A stretch of DNA of 64,000 nucleotides, from positions 2,752,001 through 2,816,000 of the forward strand of contig CBDCWI010000002.1 of assembly GCA_965223325.1 (NCBI GenBank), in the 5' to 3' direction. This document shows positions 1 through 9,505 of the stretch, piece after piece (position 1 is the stretch's first letter; each line of letters begins with the position of its first letter). The notes under the pieces were generated by a model, which was not told the origin of the DNA, made no database searches, and was given only the letters and a program-made list of their open reading frames with translations. The translations under genes were made by a program, and so were the position numbers. This stretch comes from Candidatus Multivoradales bacterium. GTDB lineage: Bacteria > Acidobacteriota > Thermoanaerobaculia > Multivoradales > Multivoraceae.

Positions 1-309
1 GAGCCGGGCAAGCACCTGCCCGCGCTCGACGTGTTGACCGAGATCAACCGGCACGCTGACAATGGTGCCCATCCACCGTGTCCCCGGTGACGCCTTCTCT
101 ACAGCGGCCAATCGGCCGATGGCGGCCGTCTGGCGGCCGTCTGGTGCCCTAAAGGGCGGCTCGAAGTACAGCTCGTAGACCGGGCCTTCGTCGTGGGTGG
201 GAACCGGAACGATGCGCTCGTGCTCACCCTCGCCACAGCCGCCGAGAACTGTCATGGCAGCGAGAGCCAACCCGACAATCGCCCATTCGAAACGCAACTT
301 TTGAACCAT
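1..309 (-). CDS. RND efflux periplasmic adaptor (membrane fusion protein), N-terminal part; runs off window start
   Basis: Own translation from ATG at 309: MVQKLRFEWAIVGLALAAMTVLGGCGEG...GTIVSVPVDLGQHVERGQVLARL. Lipobox-like LGGC plus lipoyl-like MFP motif; TGATG overlap with the TolC stop codon. Confidence 0.8.
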   Translation of the reverse strand, partial: MVQKLRFEWAIVGLALAAMTVLGGCGEGEHERIVPVPTHDEGPVYELYFEPPFRAPDGRQTAAIGRLAAVEKASPGTRWMGTIVSVPVDLGQHVERGQVLARL

Positions 310-1694
310 CAGAGCTTTCCTGCCGCAAGCCGCAGAGCGGTGTCGGCCAAGTGGTGATCTCGAGCGGCAACGAGCCGACGTACCCGCGCGTCGTCGAGAA
401 CAGTGGCGGCTTGCAGCAGCTCGACGAGAGTCGCCAGGCCGTTCTGGTAGCGGTCTTCGACGATCTCGTGGCTGCGCGTCGCAACCTCGATGGCCTGCGT
501 CGCGGCGTCGAGACGGGCCCGGGCCGCCTCGCGGGCGAACCACGCTGATCGGGTCTCCAATTCGACGCGATCCATCGTCGATCGAAGAGCCGCCTTCGAT
601 GTCTCTGCTCGTGCCTGGGCCATGCGAACCCGAGCCCGGCGTTCGCCGCCGTCGAAGAGCGACAGCCGAAGACCGATGGCGACCAGATGGTTGGTCCCCG
701 ATGCGCCGAAGAAGTCCTGATCGTGCGCCTCGAGCGCGGCTTCGAACAGGACCTCGGGGCGAACGGCCGAGCGCGCCACCCGCACCCCGATCTCGGACGC
801 CAGGACGAGGTGGCGACCGGCAGCCAGGTCAGCCCGACTGTGCGAACCCGCGACCCAATCTTCGATGGTTCGTAAAGAGCCTTCAGCCGCAAGCGGCGGA
901 CCGTCGAGTCGAGAATCGTCGAGTTCGAGCCCGGCGGCGGGAGGTTGTCCGAGCAGCAGGTTGAGCCCGGTTTCAGCGACCGCGAGGTCGGCCTCGGCAG
1001 CCAGCGCCAACGCCACCAATTCCAGCACGCGAGCCTCGGCCTGAAGCGCCTCGGACTCCACCCGCAGGCCACCGTTGAACAGATCCCGCGCCCACCTGGC
1101 GTGCTCCTCGGCAGTCTCCACCGCTTCGAGGGAGACTGCATGCCGCTGCCGGGCGACGAGTACGCCGAGAAAGGAGTCCGTCACCCGATAGACCAGTTCC
1201 TGGCGCGCCGCCTCGTGCATCGCCTCCGAGCTCTCCTGCTGTGCACGGGCCGCCTCGACGCTCCGGGCCAGGGCGCCGCCAGCGTAGAGAGGCTGGCGGA
1301 CCGAGAGCCGCCCTGAGAAATCCTCGAGCGGCTCGGGCTGGTTGAGAGCATTCAGCGAGAAGTCGCCCTGGGTGAATTCCTCCTGCAGGAGTTTCTGACC
1401 GAAGACGAGCACTGGGTTGTCCGTACGGGCAACCCCGGCTTCGAATCCGATGCGCGGGCGACGTCGGCTGGTCGCCAGCGATAGCTCAGCGTGCGCCACC
1501 GCCATCGCAGCCTGCGCCTGGTGGAGTGTGGGATCGACGGCCATCGCATGGTCGATCGCGTCCTCCAGTGTCAGTTCAGTGCCCGTTTCAGAAGACAGGG
1601 ACTCAGAGCCATGAGAAGGCTCACTGACGATTGCCAGCACAAAGGCCACGCAAAAGCACGCGGCCGCGCGAGCGGCAGAGGACCCGAACCTCAT
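309..1694 (-). CDS. TolC family outer membrane efflux protein
   Basis: LTLEDAIDHAM N-terminal motif, QPLYAGG, LSLFDGG, RYQNGLATLVELLQA; likely start MRFGSS (ORF extends to 1838). Confidence 0.9.
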   Translation of the reverse strand: MRFGSSAARAAACFCVAFVLAIVSEPSHGSESLSSETGTELTLEDAIDHAMAVDPTLHQAQAAMAVAHAELSLATSRRRPRIGFEAGVARTDNPVLVFGQKLLQEEFTQGDFSLNALNQPEPLEDFSGRLSVRQPLYAGGALARSVEAARAQQESSEAMHEAARQELVYRVTDSFLGVLVARQRHAVSLEAVETAEEHARWARDLFNGGLRVESEALQAEARVLELVALALAAEADLAVAETGLNLLLGQPPAAGLELDDSRLDGPPLAAEGSLRTIEDWVAGSHSRADLAAGRHLVLASEIGVRVARSAVRPEVLFEAALEAHDQDFFGASGTNHLVAIGLRLSLFDGGERRARVRMAQARAETSKAALRSTMDRVELETRSAWFAREAARARLDAATQAIEVATRSHEIVEDRYQNGLATLVELLQAATVLDDARVRRLVAARDHHLADTALRLAAGKL

Positions 1695-2095
1695 CGAATC
1701 AGGTCGCCGGACTGCCGGCGTCGCAGGGATAGCCTCCAACGGAGGTAGGCACTGACAAACGCCGTGAACAGAAAGAAACCCCGAAACAGGCACAAGGTGC
1801 CCGCTAAAGGCACGGATCTGACTCTCGATCGTCATCACGACCTCGTCACAACCCGCTCCGTCTATCCGGGGGACAAATCAGCGCGCACCCAGGACCGAAC
1901 GCAGGGAGTCGTTGAACAATGGGTTAACCTTGGCAGAAACATACCAAGTGTCCATCTCGTAGAGGTACCGGATCTGGCTGCGGAACCTGCCTAGCGACTT
2001 CGTGGCGGCGCGCCACTAGCGTTCAGTCTCCCACCCGTCGCGGTACTTCGGACGACACCGGAAGAGACGTACCCGACGGCCAACTGGAGAGTTCG

Positions 2096-2623
2096 ATGGC
2101 GAAACGACCAGCGACTTTACGAATCCGGTGCCTTGGTGAAACAGACCTGGGAACCGTGCTCCGGCAAGCCCTGCTCCCGCAAGCCGTGCTTCTACAAGTC
2201 CTACTCCTTTCGGCCCTGGTCCTCGGAGCCTGCATCGGCCCAAAGTCGGCGAGCGGCTTTCGACTTCCCGATGGTGACCCGGCTAAGGGCCAGCAGGAGT
2301 TCGTCGAGCTCGGCTGCCACGTCTGCCATCTGATCGACGGGGTGGAATCCCCACAGATGGAAGTCGGGCCAGACGTTCAAGTGCGGCTTGGTGGCCAGGT
2401 GAGCCGCGTCAAGACCTATGGCGACCTCGTGACCTCGATCATCAATCCATCCCACCGGTTTGCTGCCGGCTACCCGCCGGAGCGCGTGCGAGTCGACGGG
2501 GAGTCCCGCATGACGGTCTACAACGACCACATGACGGTGCAACAGCTCGTCGACCTGGTGGCGTTCCTGAGCTCCAAATACGAGGTCAAGGCTCCGGATT
2601 ACGAGTACGTCCCCTTCGGCTGA
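2096..2623 (+). CDS. c-type cytochrome (monoheme, probable lipoprotein)
   Basis: LGAC lipobox-like motif, GDPAKG, CHVCH heme motif, SIINPSH, distal Met (SRM); true start may be downstream. Confidence 0.85.
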   Translation: MAKRPATLRIRCLGETDLGTVLRQALLPQAVLLQVLLLSALVLGACIGPKSASGFRLPDGDPAKGQQEFVELGCHVCHLIDGVESPQMEVGPDVQVRLGGQVSRVKTYGDLVTSIINPSHRFAAGYPPERVRVDGESRMTVYNDHMTVQQLVDLVAFLSSKYEVKAPDYEYVPFG

Positions 2624-2759
2624 ACCATCGAGGTGTCAGGCCCTCGACTTCGCTCATGCTGTTTTGCGACACGTGGGAAACTGCGCCTCGAGCCAACACA
2701 CGACATCGCGCTCGCACGAACGCCGACACCTGACACCTTGGCAGCGCGCAGGCAGGCAG

Positions 2760-3050
2760 CTCGAAGACCTGGTCGTGGTCTGCCGACAGGCCGCCAGCCT
2801 CTCGGAGCTTCGAAACACTGCTCAGCCTGGACTCTCCGATCTGATCGACCCCCACGGTAGGCTGGCTGCATCGGCGACGCCCGAGCACCGCAGTGGCGAT
2901 GGCCCGGGCGTGGCCGTGCGCGACGGCGAGCATGGGCTGTCTGCGGCCACAGCGGCTTTTTCGTGGGCGACAACTCAAAAGCGGCCTACCTCGACGGCTA
3001 CCTGGCGTTACAGATCAACTCCCACGACACCAGGGTCGGTGAGTCCGTGA
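2760..3050 (+). pseudogene. Degraded fragment resembling the C-terminus of a serine hydrolase/beta-lactamase-family protein
   Basis: GPGVAVRDGEHGLS in one frame, then after a frameshift CGHSGFFVGDNSKAAYLDGYLALQIN; resembles the YGLG...GHSG..PGY.S...Y......N pattern. Confidence 0.4.
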
Positions 3051-3115
3051 GTCGCCTGAGTCCATGTCGTCACTCGTGGCGTACCCCCTGTTCCGTGGAT
3101 CCAGAGAGGGACAAG

Positions 3116-4441
3116 ATGAGCCTCAACGCCTACCTTCGCGAAGACTCCCGCTCCAAAGACCTCTACGAGCGCGGCCTGCGCGTCATGCCGGGTGGTAACT
3201 CGCGCCACACCGTGGTGATGAATCCCTACCCGGTCTACGCGGCGACAGGCAACGGCTGCCGGGTCATCGATGTCGAGGGCGAGGAGCGCATCGACTTCGT
3301 GAACAACTACACGTCGCTCATCCTCGGTCATTCCGATCCGCAGGTGACTGAGGCGGTGACTACCGTGATCCGTCGCGGGACGGCGTTTTCTCTCCCCACC
3401 GAAACCGACATCCGACTCGCCGAGCTGCTCATCGAGCGCATTCCGGCGATCGAGCAGATCCGTTTCTGCAACTCGGGCTCCGAAGCCGTTCTCCTCGCCC
3501 TGCGCGCCGCCCGCGCTTTCACCGAACGCGGCAAGATCGCCAAGTTCGAAGGCTGTTACCACGGCATCTACGACTACGCCCAGGCCAGTGACTCGTCGCG
3601 ACCCCACAATTGGGGAGACCGAGAACACCCGGCGACGACCCTCGAGGTCAGCATGTCACCGAGCGTTGCCGAGGACGTCTTGACTCTGCCCTTCAACCGC
3701 CCCGAAATCTGCCGTGCGTTGATCGAGGAGAACGCAGCCGATCTCGCCGCTGTTCTGGTCGATCCGTTACCGGCGGCGCTCGCCCTCATGTCGCCGGCCG
3801 ACGGGTTTCTCGAGTTCCTGCGCGAGATCACCGAGCAGCACGGCATTCTGCTGGTCGCCGACGAAGTGTTGTCGTTTCGCGTCGACTTCCACGGCGCCTG
3901 CCATGCCCACGGAATCACCCCCGACCTGGTCGCACTCGGCAAGGTCATCGGCGGTGGTTTCCCGGTCGGAGCGGTGGGCGGTTCTTCCGAGGTGATGGCA
4001 GTTTTTGATCACCGCGACGGCGAGCGCGTGCACCACGGGGGCACCTACAACGCCAACCCGGTGACCATGGTCGCAGGGTACGAGACCATGAGCCAGATGA
4101 CCGAGGAGGCCTACGCACGACTCGCCGCGCTGGGTGACTATCTGCGCGCCGAGCTCGGAAAGATGCTCGATCGGCGTGGCATCACGCACCAGATCACCGG
4201 GCGCGGCTCGCTGTTCGCCATCCTCTTCAGCGACGCGCCGCTCAAAGACTTCCGCGACGTCGCCATGAGCCGCGCCAGCGGGCCTGAACTCTCGAGGCTC
4301 GTACACGAGATGCTCGGGCGCGGCATCCTGCTCGGCGCGCGAGGGCTCTTCGGAGCCCTGTCGACACCGATGACCGAAAAGGAAATCGACGCGTTCGTGC
4401 GCGCCCTCGATGAGTCTCTCGAGGCGCTAGGGGTAGCCTGA
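3116..4441 (+). CDS. Class III PLP aminotransferase, glutamate-1-semialdehyde 2,1-aminomutase-like
   Basis: MPGGNSR, FCNSGSEA, KFEGCYHG, DEV, LGKVIGGGFPVGA, HGGTYNANP; probably a paralog rather than true HemL. Confidence 0.88.
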   Translation: MSLNAYLREDSRSKDLYERGLRVMPGGNSRHTVVMNPYPVYAATGNGCRVIDVEGEERIDFVNNYTSLILGHSDPQVTEAVTTVIRRGTAFSLPTETDIRLAELLIERIPAIEQIRFCNSGSEAVLLALRAARAFTERGKIAKFEGCYHGIYDYAQASDSSRPHNWGDREHPATTLEVSMSPSVAEDVLTLPFNRPEICRALIEENAADLAAVLVDPLPAALALMSPADGFLEFLREITEQHGILLVADEVLSFRVDFHGACHAHGITPDLVALGKVIGGGFPVGAVGGSSEVMAVFDHRDGERVHHGGTYNANPVTMVAGYETMSQMTEEAYARLAALGDYLRAELGKMLDRRGITHQITGRGSLFAILFSDAPLKDFRDVAMSRASGPELSRLVHEMLGRGILLGARGLFGALSTPMTEKEIDAFVRALDESLEALGVA

Positions 4442-4462
4442 GTTAGGGCCGGGCCGAAGCGA

Positions 4463-4628
4463 CTAGTACCCCGTACCATTGAAACGGATAGTGGCTGAGC
4501 GGATGATCGTGCTCGAGATCAAGGCGTCACGACAGAGGTATATTGGTGATCTGTCGAGGAGTGACAACACAGAGATCGAGCGCGAGGACCGCGCAGACGC
4601 TGTGCGTTTCAATGGTACGGGGTACTAG
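4463..4628. mobile_element. MITE-like element with terminal inverted repeats and CTAG flanks
   Basis: Perfect 28-bp inverted repeat gcgactagtaccccgtaccattgaaacg (4459-4486) / (4605-4632); CTAG at 4463-4466 and 4625-4628. Confidence 0.7.
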
Positions 4629-5317
4629 TCGCGGACTCCTTTGCCGCCCTGGTAGGCACCGTGCCAGCCGTCGCTTGAGATCTCTTTGCCGACTTTCTTG
4701 ACCCACTTGAAGAACTTGCTGTCGGTCGTCGACCAGCTCGTGCCGCTGACCACCCGATGATGAAGCGCCGCGACGACCTCGCCGCTGGCTGCGTCGATGA
4801 ACTTCAGATCGATCGTGGTGTTGCCAGACCCGGCACCGAAGCCCACCAGCATCTTGGCGGCGGTGCTACCGGTGCTGCAGTCGACGATTCGACCGTCGAC
4901 ACGGATCTCTCCGGCGTCGTTGGACGACGGCAGCTGACTGGCGAAGTTGGAGTTCCAGACGTCAGCAAACGAGCGGTGCATATCGCTCGCCATTTCGCGC
5001 GCCAGGCGACGATCGTTCTCGTCACGGTCGGTCAACAGTTCGGGCTCTGGAAACTCGACGAAATGAAGCGTCTTGCCGGAAAAGTCGTAGCCCTCCTTGA
5101 CCCAGAAGTAGTCGACCTCATCGATCTCGGCCCAGGGGCGCTCGCCACCAAACCAATCCTGGACCAGGGTTCCCTTGTCGAGGTCCCCGGAGACGACCTG
5201 CTTGACCTTGCCCTTCCTTTTTCGTTTCTGGGCGGTGGCGGGGTCGGAGACCGCCACCAACATGACTGCGGCGGCAAGAGTGGACGCGAGCGTCATGGAG
5301 AGCTTGTTGACCAGCAT
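4625..5317 (-). CDS. Secreted DUF4410-like protein
   Basis: Signal peptide followed by GSTAAKMLVGFGAGSGNTTIDLKFIDAASGEVV, typical of DUF4410/DUF3313-like proteins. Confidence 0.65.
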   Translation of the reverse strand: MLVNKLSMTLASTLAAAVMLVAVSDPATAQKRKRKGKVKQVVSGDLDKGTLVQDWFGGERPWAEIDEVDYFWVKEGYDFSGKTLHFVEFPEPELLTDRDENDRRLAREMASDMHRSFADVWNSNFASQLPSSNDAGEIRVDGRIVDCSTGSTAAKMLVGFGAGSGNTTIDLKFIDAASGEVVAALHHRVVSGTSWSTTDSKFFKWVKKVGKEISSDGWHGAYQGGKGVRD

Positions 5318-5688
5318 TTTGATTCCTCGTTGGTTGAAAGGGCCTCGAATGGCTTGGGTTGGAACTCGCGATGCGAGCTCCCCTGAAAGACTAGTAACTC
5401 TATTGTTTCTTGAACAGCTTTCCCAGCCTGGAAAGGCCTTGCAAAGCCTGTAACTAGTGGAACGCCGAGGTGGCGGTAGAAGGCTCTCTTGCGCGCGACG
5501 ATCGCTGACGTCACCTCAGGGGACTCCAGAGCAACCCGTGTCGCGATCTTTCCTGTGGCGCGTGCCGGGGGCTCGCCTGGTTTTCCTCTCGATCGGACCG
5601 AAGGTGATTGGCGCGCTGCGCATCCAGTCCGGTGAAGCGCGAACCGGCGGTCGTCGGTTTCCCAGTAACCGGCGAGGACCTGGCGCCC

Positions 5689-7320
5689 ATGAAGAGACAG
5701 CACTGGACGGACCGTGCCCAAAGTTGGCGGGTGGCCCTGTTGATCTGGGCGTTGTTTGCGGCTGTTCTTTGTTTCGGCAATCTTGGCGGCTTCGGGATCA
5801 TTTCGATGGAGGGAATGGTCGCTGATGGCGGTCGGGCGATGCTCGAGACCGGCGAGTGGGCGGTACCGACGGTCTACGGTGAGATGTACACCTTCAAGCC
5901 CGCCCTGGCCTACTGGCTCTCGGCCTGGTCGCAGCACTTTGTCGGGACTTCCGAGTGGGCTCTACGGCTGCCCTTCGCCACCTGTGGGGCGGCGCTGGGA
6001 CTTCTCGTACTGATCGTCATCGGACGGCGGCTCGGTCCGCGCGTCGGCCTGTTCGCCGCCCTGGCGGCGATGGGGGGCGGCCTCTTTCTGGAGAAGGTGC
6101 GCCTCGCAGAGTTCGACACGCCGCTCGCCTTGGGTGTTGGAATCGCCGTGGCCGCCGCGGTGAGCAACCTGTCACGCCAGCGACCAAGCTTCCTACTCTG
6201 GCTGGCGGCCTACGCGGGTCTTACCGTGGGTTTTCTAGGCAAGGGGGTTCCGGCTCTGATGGCCTTTGCACCGGGGCTCTTGCTGGCCGCCGCATGGAAT
6301 CGTCGCCTGCCGAGCCTCTTCTCATGGCGACATCTCGCGCCGTTCCTCTTCTTTGTCGGATCGATCGCAGCCTATCTGTGGTGGGCGGTCGACGGTGCGG
6401 GCTGGCAAGTGTTCGACCAGCCACTGCGGGAGGCGAGATTCCGTGGCGCGACCTGGGACGCAGCGTCCCTCGCGCGAACCGTCACCAAGCCGCTTCTTAT
6501 CCTGGGTGCCTTCCTGCCGTGGAGTCTTCCGCTGGCGCTCACCGAAGCGAAGCCCTGGCGGCGTTGTGACCCGGTGGGCGCGGCCTGGCGTGCTGGTGCG
6601 GCCTTTCTGCTCGCTGGCACCGCGTTCTACGTCGCGGTACCGACGCATGAAATGCGCTACTACCTTCCACTCGCGACCGCCAACGCGATCGTCGCGGCCA
6701 TCTCGCTCGAACTGGCTCTCGCTCGACCGGTTTCGCGACGGTTCGTAGCGCTACTCCGTGGCCTGCTGGCCAGCGTTGCAGTCGTGGCCATAGGACTCAC
6801 CACCTGGGAGCGTCCCGATGGTGGTCTGGCCCTGGTTGTTGTGTTCGCGCTGCTCGGGTCGGCGGCCTTCGCTCGACGCACCGCCAGGGGCACCACAGTC
6901 GCGACGCTGGTCGTCGCCCTGTCGCTCCTGGTCGGAGTGGCAGAGGCCTGGGTCCTGATGCCGCGGCGGGCATCGACCCGCGATCAGTCGGTGAACGCCG
7001 CCGAACTCAAACGCTACCTCCCTGAGGGTGAGGTGGTCTGGACTCAGGGCCCGTCGGACGCCGCTGGAAAGCACTCGTCGCTCTACCACTACCTCGACCA
7101 CCCGATTCGGACATTCGACCACGAGCATCCACCGCCGCCCGGAGCGTTCGTGATCGCGCCCTCGCCCAGTCCGATCTCGCCGATCGACTGCGCGCCCTAC
7201 GAGGGCGCGGCGGTGATCGAGTTCAAAGAACCACGGCTCGCAATCGTCCAGCACCATGAGGGCGAGTTCTCGCTCTTGCGTCCCGGACTCGGAACGGGCG
7301 ATGTGAATATCGGGGGGTAG
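5689..7320 (+). CDS. ArnT/PMT-like (GT-C fold) membrane glycosyltransferase
   Basis: Many TM helices; MLETGEWAVPTVYGEMYTFKPALAYWL, SEWALRLP, GFLGKG, RYYLP. Confidence 0.85.
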   Translation: MKRQHWTDRAQSWRVALLIWALFAAVLCFGNLGGFGIISMEGMVADGGRAMLETGEWAVPTVYGEMYTFKPALAYWLSAWSQHFVGTSEWALRLPFATCGAALGLLVLIVIGRRLGPRVGLFAALAAMGGGLFLEKVRLAEFDTPLALGVGIAVAAAVSNLSRQRPSFLLWLAAYAGLTVGFLGKGVPALMAFAPGLLLAAAWNRRLPSLFSWRHLAPFLFFVGSIAAYLWWAVDGAGWQVFDQPLREARFRGATWDAASLARTVTKPLLILGAFLPWSLPLALTEAKPWRRCDPVGAAWRAGAAFLLAGTAFYVAVPTHEMRYYLPLATANAIVAAISLELALARPVSRRFVALLRGLLASVAVVAIGLTTWERPDGGLALVVVFALLGSAAFARRTARGTTVATLVVALSLLVGVAEAWVLMPRRASTRDQSVNAAELKRYLPEGEVVWTQGPSDAAGKHSSLYHYLDHPIRTFDHEHPPPPGAFVIAPSPSPISPIDCAPYEGAAVIEFKEPRLAIVQHHEGEFSLLRPGLGTGDVNIGG

Positions 7321-7366
7321 AAGGCCCGCACGATCGGTTTGCGACGCGAAGCGTGAGTCTTCGGAC

Positions 7367-8125
7367 TCAGAACAGAAACGGCACCAGCGCTCGACGACGC
7401 AACGGGTAGTCCTTGAACCGCTCGCGGTACCAGGCACGGTTCGAAAGCGCGCGGGGCCCCAGATTGGCCAGGGTGTATAGAGCGAAGGCCAGGCCCGGCA
7501 GCGACCACGTTGCGAGTGCAAAACCGAACCACTGGATAATCTCTCCCAGGTAGTTCGGACACGCAACGTATTCATACAACCAACCTCGGGGTACGCGGTA
7601 GCCAGAGTCTCCGGGCGCACGCAGTGTTCGAAGCATCTGGTCGGCCTTCAGGTGGATGGCAAAGCCCACGACGAAGAACGTCACTCCGACCACGAAGCGC
7701 GGATCGTGTAGCCAGTCGGCCGGGTAGGTTCCGAAGTGCGAAATGAAACGGGCGTTGACGTAGGCGTTCTGACAGTTGAAGAAGAAGCCCAGCAGGACGA
7801 TCACCAGTGGCATCGGCTTGCTCGATCCGCGGATCAGGAACGGAAAGATGAACGCTCGATAGACGTAGTGGCCCTGCCAGAGAACGAGAAAGACCAACGG
7901 CAAGAGCTGCCGGGCAGAATCTCCGCGCCAATACACGACCAGAAACACCACCACCGTGGGCAGCTCCATCACCAGCCAACCCAGCCGATTCGACAGCCCC
8001 GGACCCCAGCCGGAGCGATAGTGTCGTCCGTACGGCGCCGCGATCAAAAAGAGACAGACGAGCGTCACGGGTGCGAGCGCAATGATCGCCCAGGTCAGCG
8101 CGAAGTGAAGCTGTGCCTCGTTCAT
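7367..8125 (-). CDS. 3-oxo-5-alpha-steroid 4-dehydrogenase (steroid 5-alpha-reductase family)
   Basis: APYGRH, GWLVMELP, HYVYRAFIFP, GYRVPRGWLYEYVACPNYLGEIIQWFGFA, NLGPRA..WY..F.DYP..R.ALVPF. Confidence 0.92.
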   Translation of the reverse strand: MNEAQLHFALTWAIIALAPVTLVCLFLIAAPYGRHYRSGWGPGLSNRLGWLVMELPTVVVFLVVYWRGDSARQLLPLVFLVLWQGHYVYRAFIFPFLIRGSSKPMPLVIVLLGFFFNCQNAYVNARFISHFGTYPADWLHDPRFVVGVTFFVVGFAIHLKADQMLRTLRAPGDSGYRVPRGWLYEYVACPNYLGEIIQWFGFALATWSLPGLAFALYTLANLGPRALSNRAWYRERFKDYPLRRRALVPFLF

Positions 8126-9132
8126 GGGTTCCGGGCCTCGCCCTTTGGGGCCAGAAGACCCTGGCCGTCGAACCACGCATAGGCAGCACGCACGGTTTCG
8201 GTCAGCGGTCGGGGGCGCAGGCCGAGCTCCCGCTGGGCCTTCGAGTTGTCGAGGCGAGGGTTGGCACGGAGCGCCTCGAGCGACTCGCCGGTAAAGAGCG
8301 GTTCTCGGCCCACCAGACGTGACCAGTAGGTGGCCACTGGAGCCGCCAGACTTGCCAGGCCCATCGGCACAACCAGCCGCGGAGAAGCTACACCAGTGAC
8401 GCCGCTGGCGACCTTCGCCACCTCTGCGATCGAGTGATAGTGGCCGGAAACCAAGTAGCTCTCGTTCGTACGCCCAACAGCGGCTGCGGCATGAAGCGCC
8501 GCCGAGACGTCCCTGACATCGACCCAGTCGAACCCACCGTCAACCACCGCCGGCAGGCGCTGGTGGTACAAATCGAGTAGCACCTGGCCCATGCGCGAGG
8601 GGCCATAGTCATGGGGCCCCAGAACGCCGGTCGGGTGAACGATGACCGCATCGAGGCCCTCGGCAATCGTCGCGCGCACGGCTGCCTCGCCCAGCGCTTT
8701 CGAACGATCGTAGGCGTTGTGGCGCGCGCCGGTCTCCGTCACCCTCTGTGTGCCCTCGTTGACCTCCCGCCCGTCATCACGCAGGTCGAATGCATGCACG
8801 GACGAACAGTGCACCAGACGGCCTACTCCAGCCTCCAGGCAGGCTCGGGCTACATTCAGAGCGCCGTTGGCGTTGGTCTCGTGCACCAGCCCCTGCGGGT
8901 CGCCGACAATCGAGATCATTGCCGCCAGGTGGTAGACCACCGTTACTCCAGAACAGGCGCGAGCTAGCGTTTGTGGATCGCGCACGTCGCCACTGACGCG
9001 CTCGACCTCGAGCCCTTCGAGTGCCGACGAAACACGATGGACCAGAACCCGAACACGCTCCCCGCGAGCCAGCAGGTGGCGAACCAGGTTCGCACCCACG
9101 TGCCCGGAGGCGCCGGTCACGAGAGCAGTCAC
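8122..9132 (-). CDS. NAD-dependent epimerase/dehydratase (extended SDR; DFR/3beta-HSD/HpnA-like)
   Basis: LVTGASGHVG, HLAA, YDRSK catalytic motif, VDVRDV; ATGA overlap with the 5-alpha-reductase gene. Confidence 0.88.
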   Translation of the reverse strand: MTALVTGASGHVGANLVRHLLARGERVRVLVHRVSSALEGLEVERVSGDVRDPQTLARACSGVTVVYHLAAMISIVGDPQGLVHETNANGALNVARACLEAGVGRLVHCSSVHAFDLRDDGREVNEGTQRVTETGARHNAYDRSKALGEAAVRATIAEGLDAVIVHPTGVLGPHDYGPSRMGQVLLDLYHQRLPAVVDGGFDWVDVRDVSAALHAAAAVGRTNESYLVSGHYHSIAEVAKVASGVTGVASPRLVVPMGLASLAAPVATYWSRLVGREPLFTGESLEALRANPRLDNSKAQRELGLRPRPLTETVRAAYAWFDGQGLLAPKGEARNP

Positions 9133-9505
9133 CAGCCCCTCATGGGGCGGCGAAGGGTGGAATTGCGAATCGGGGGTTCCTCTCGAAGAGCGTTCGGGCC
9201 GTTGTCGGCAGAGCTTCGCACGGATCCGGCTGGGTTCTAGAGCATGCCTTTCTCGTTTCCCCCGCAAACGAGCCCATTCGCAGTTGGCAATGCCCGACTG
9301 CATTCCGGCCTGGACTCGCCGTCCCGGGAGTTCGCCGCCGCTCGCTTCACGGTAGATTCCATACACAAATCCTCTCACCCAGCAAACCGCTCCGAAACCG
9401 AGATGCCTTTAGGGGCTCTGACTCGCCGGTTCGAGATGCTGGGCCCCGGCAGGTTCGTGCCTATCTTGGTCAAGAAGCGCGCTACTGCGCCTCGGAAGGA
9501 AAGCC

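Noticed and set aside
120-144. 11-bp tandem duplication (tggcggccgtc x2)
   Set aside because: Lies inside the adaptor gene, whose frame stays open; no sign of functional significance.
3116-4441. Assigning the symbol hemL
   Set aside because: Lacks the GVNSPVR motif of true HemL and has no tetrapyrrole gene context.
5428-5443. sigma54 promoter (TGGAAAGGCCTTGCA)
   Set aside because: GG-to-GC spacing is 9 nt rather than the required 10.
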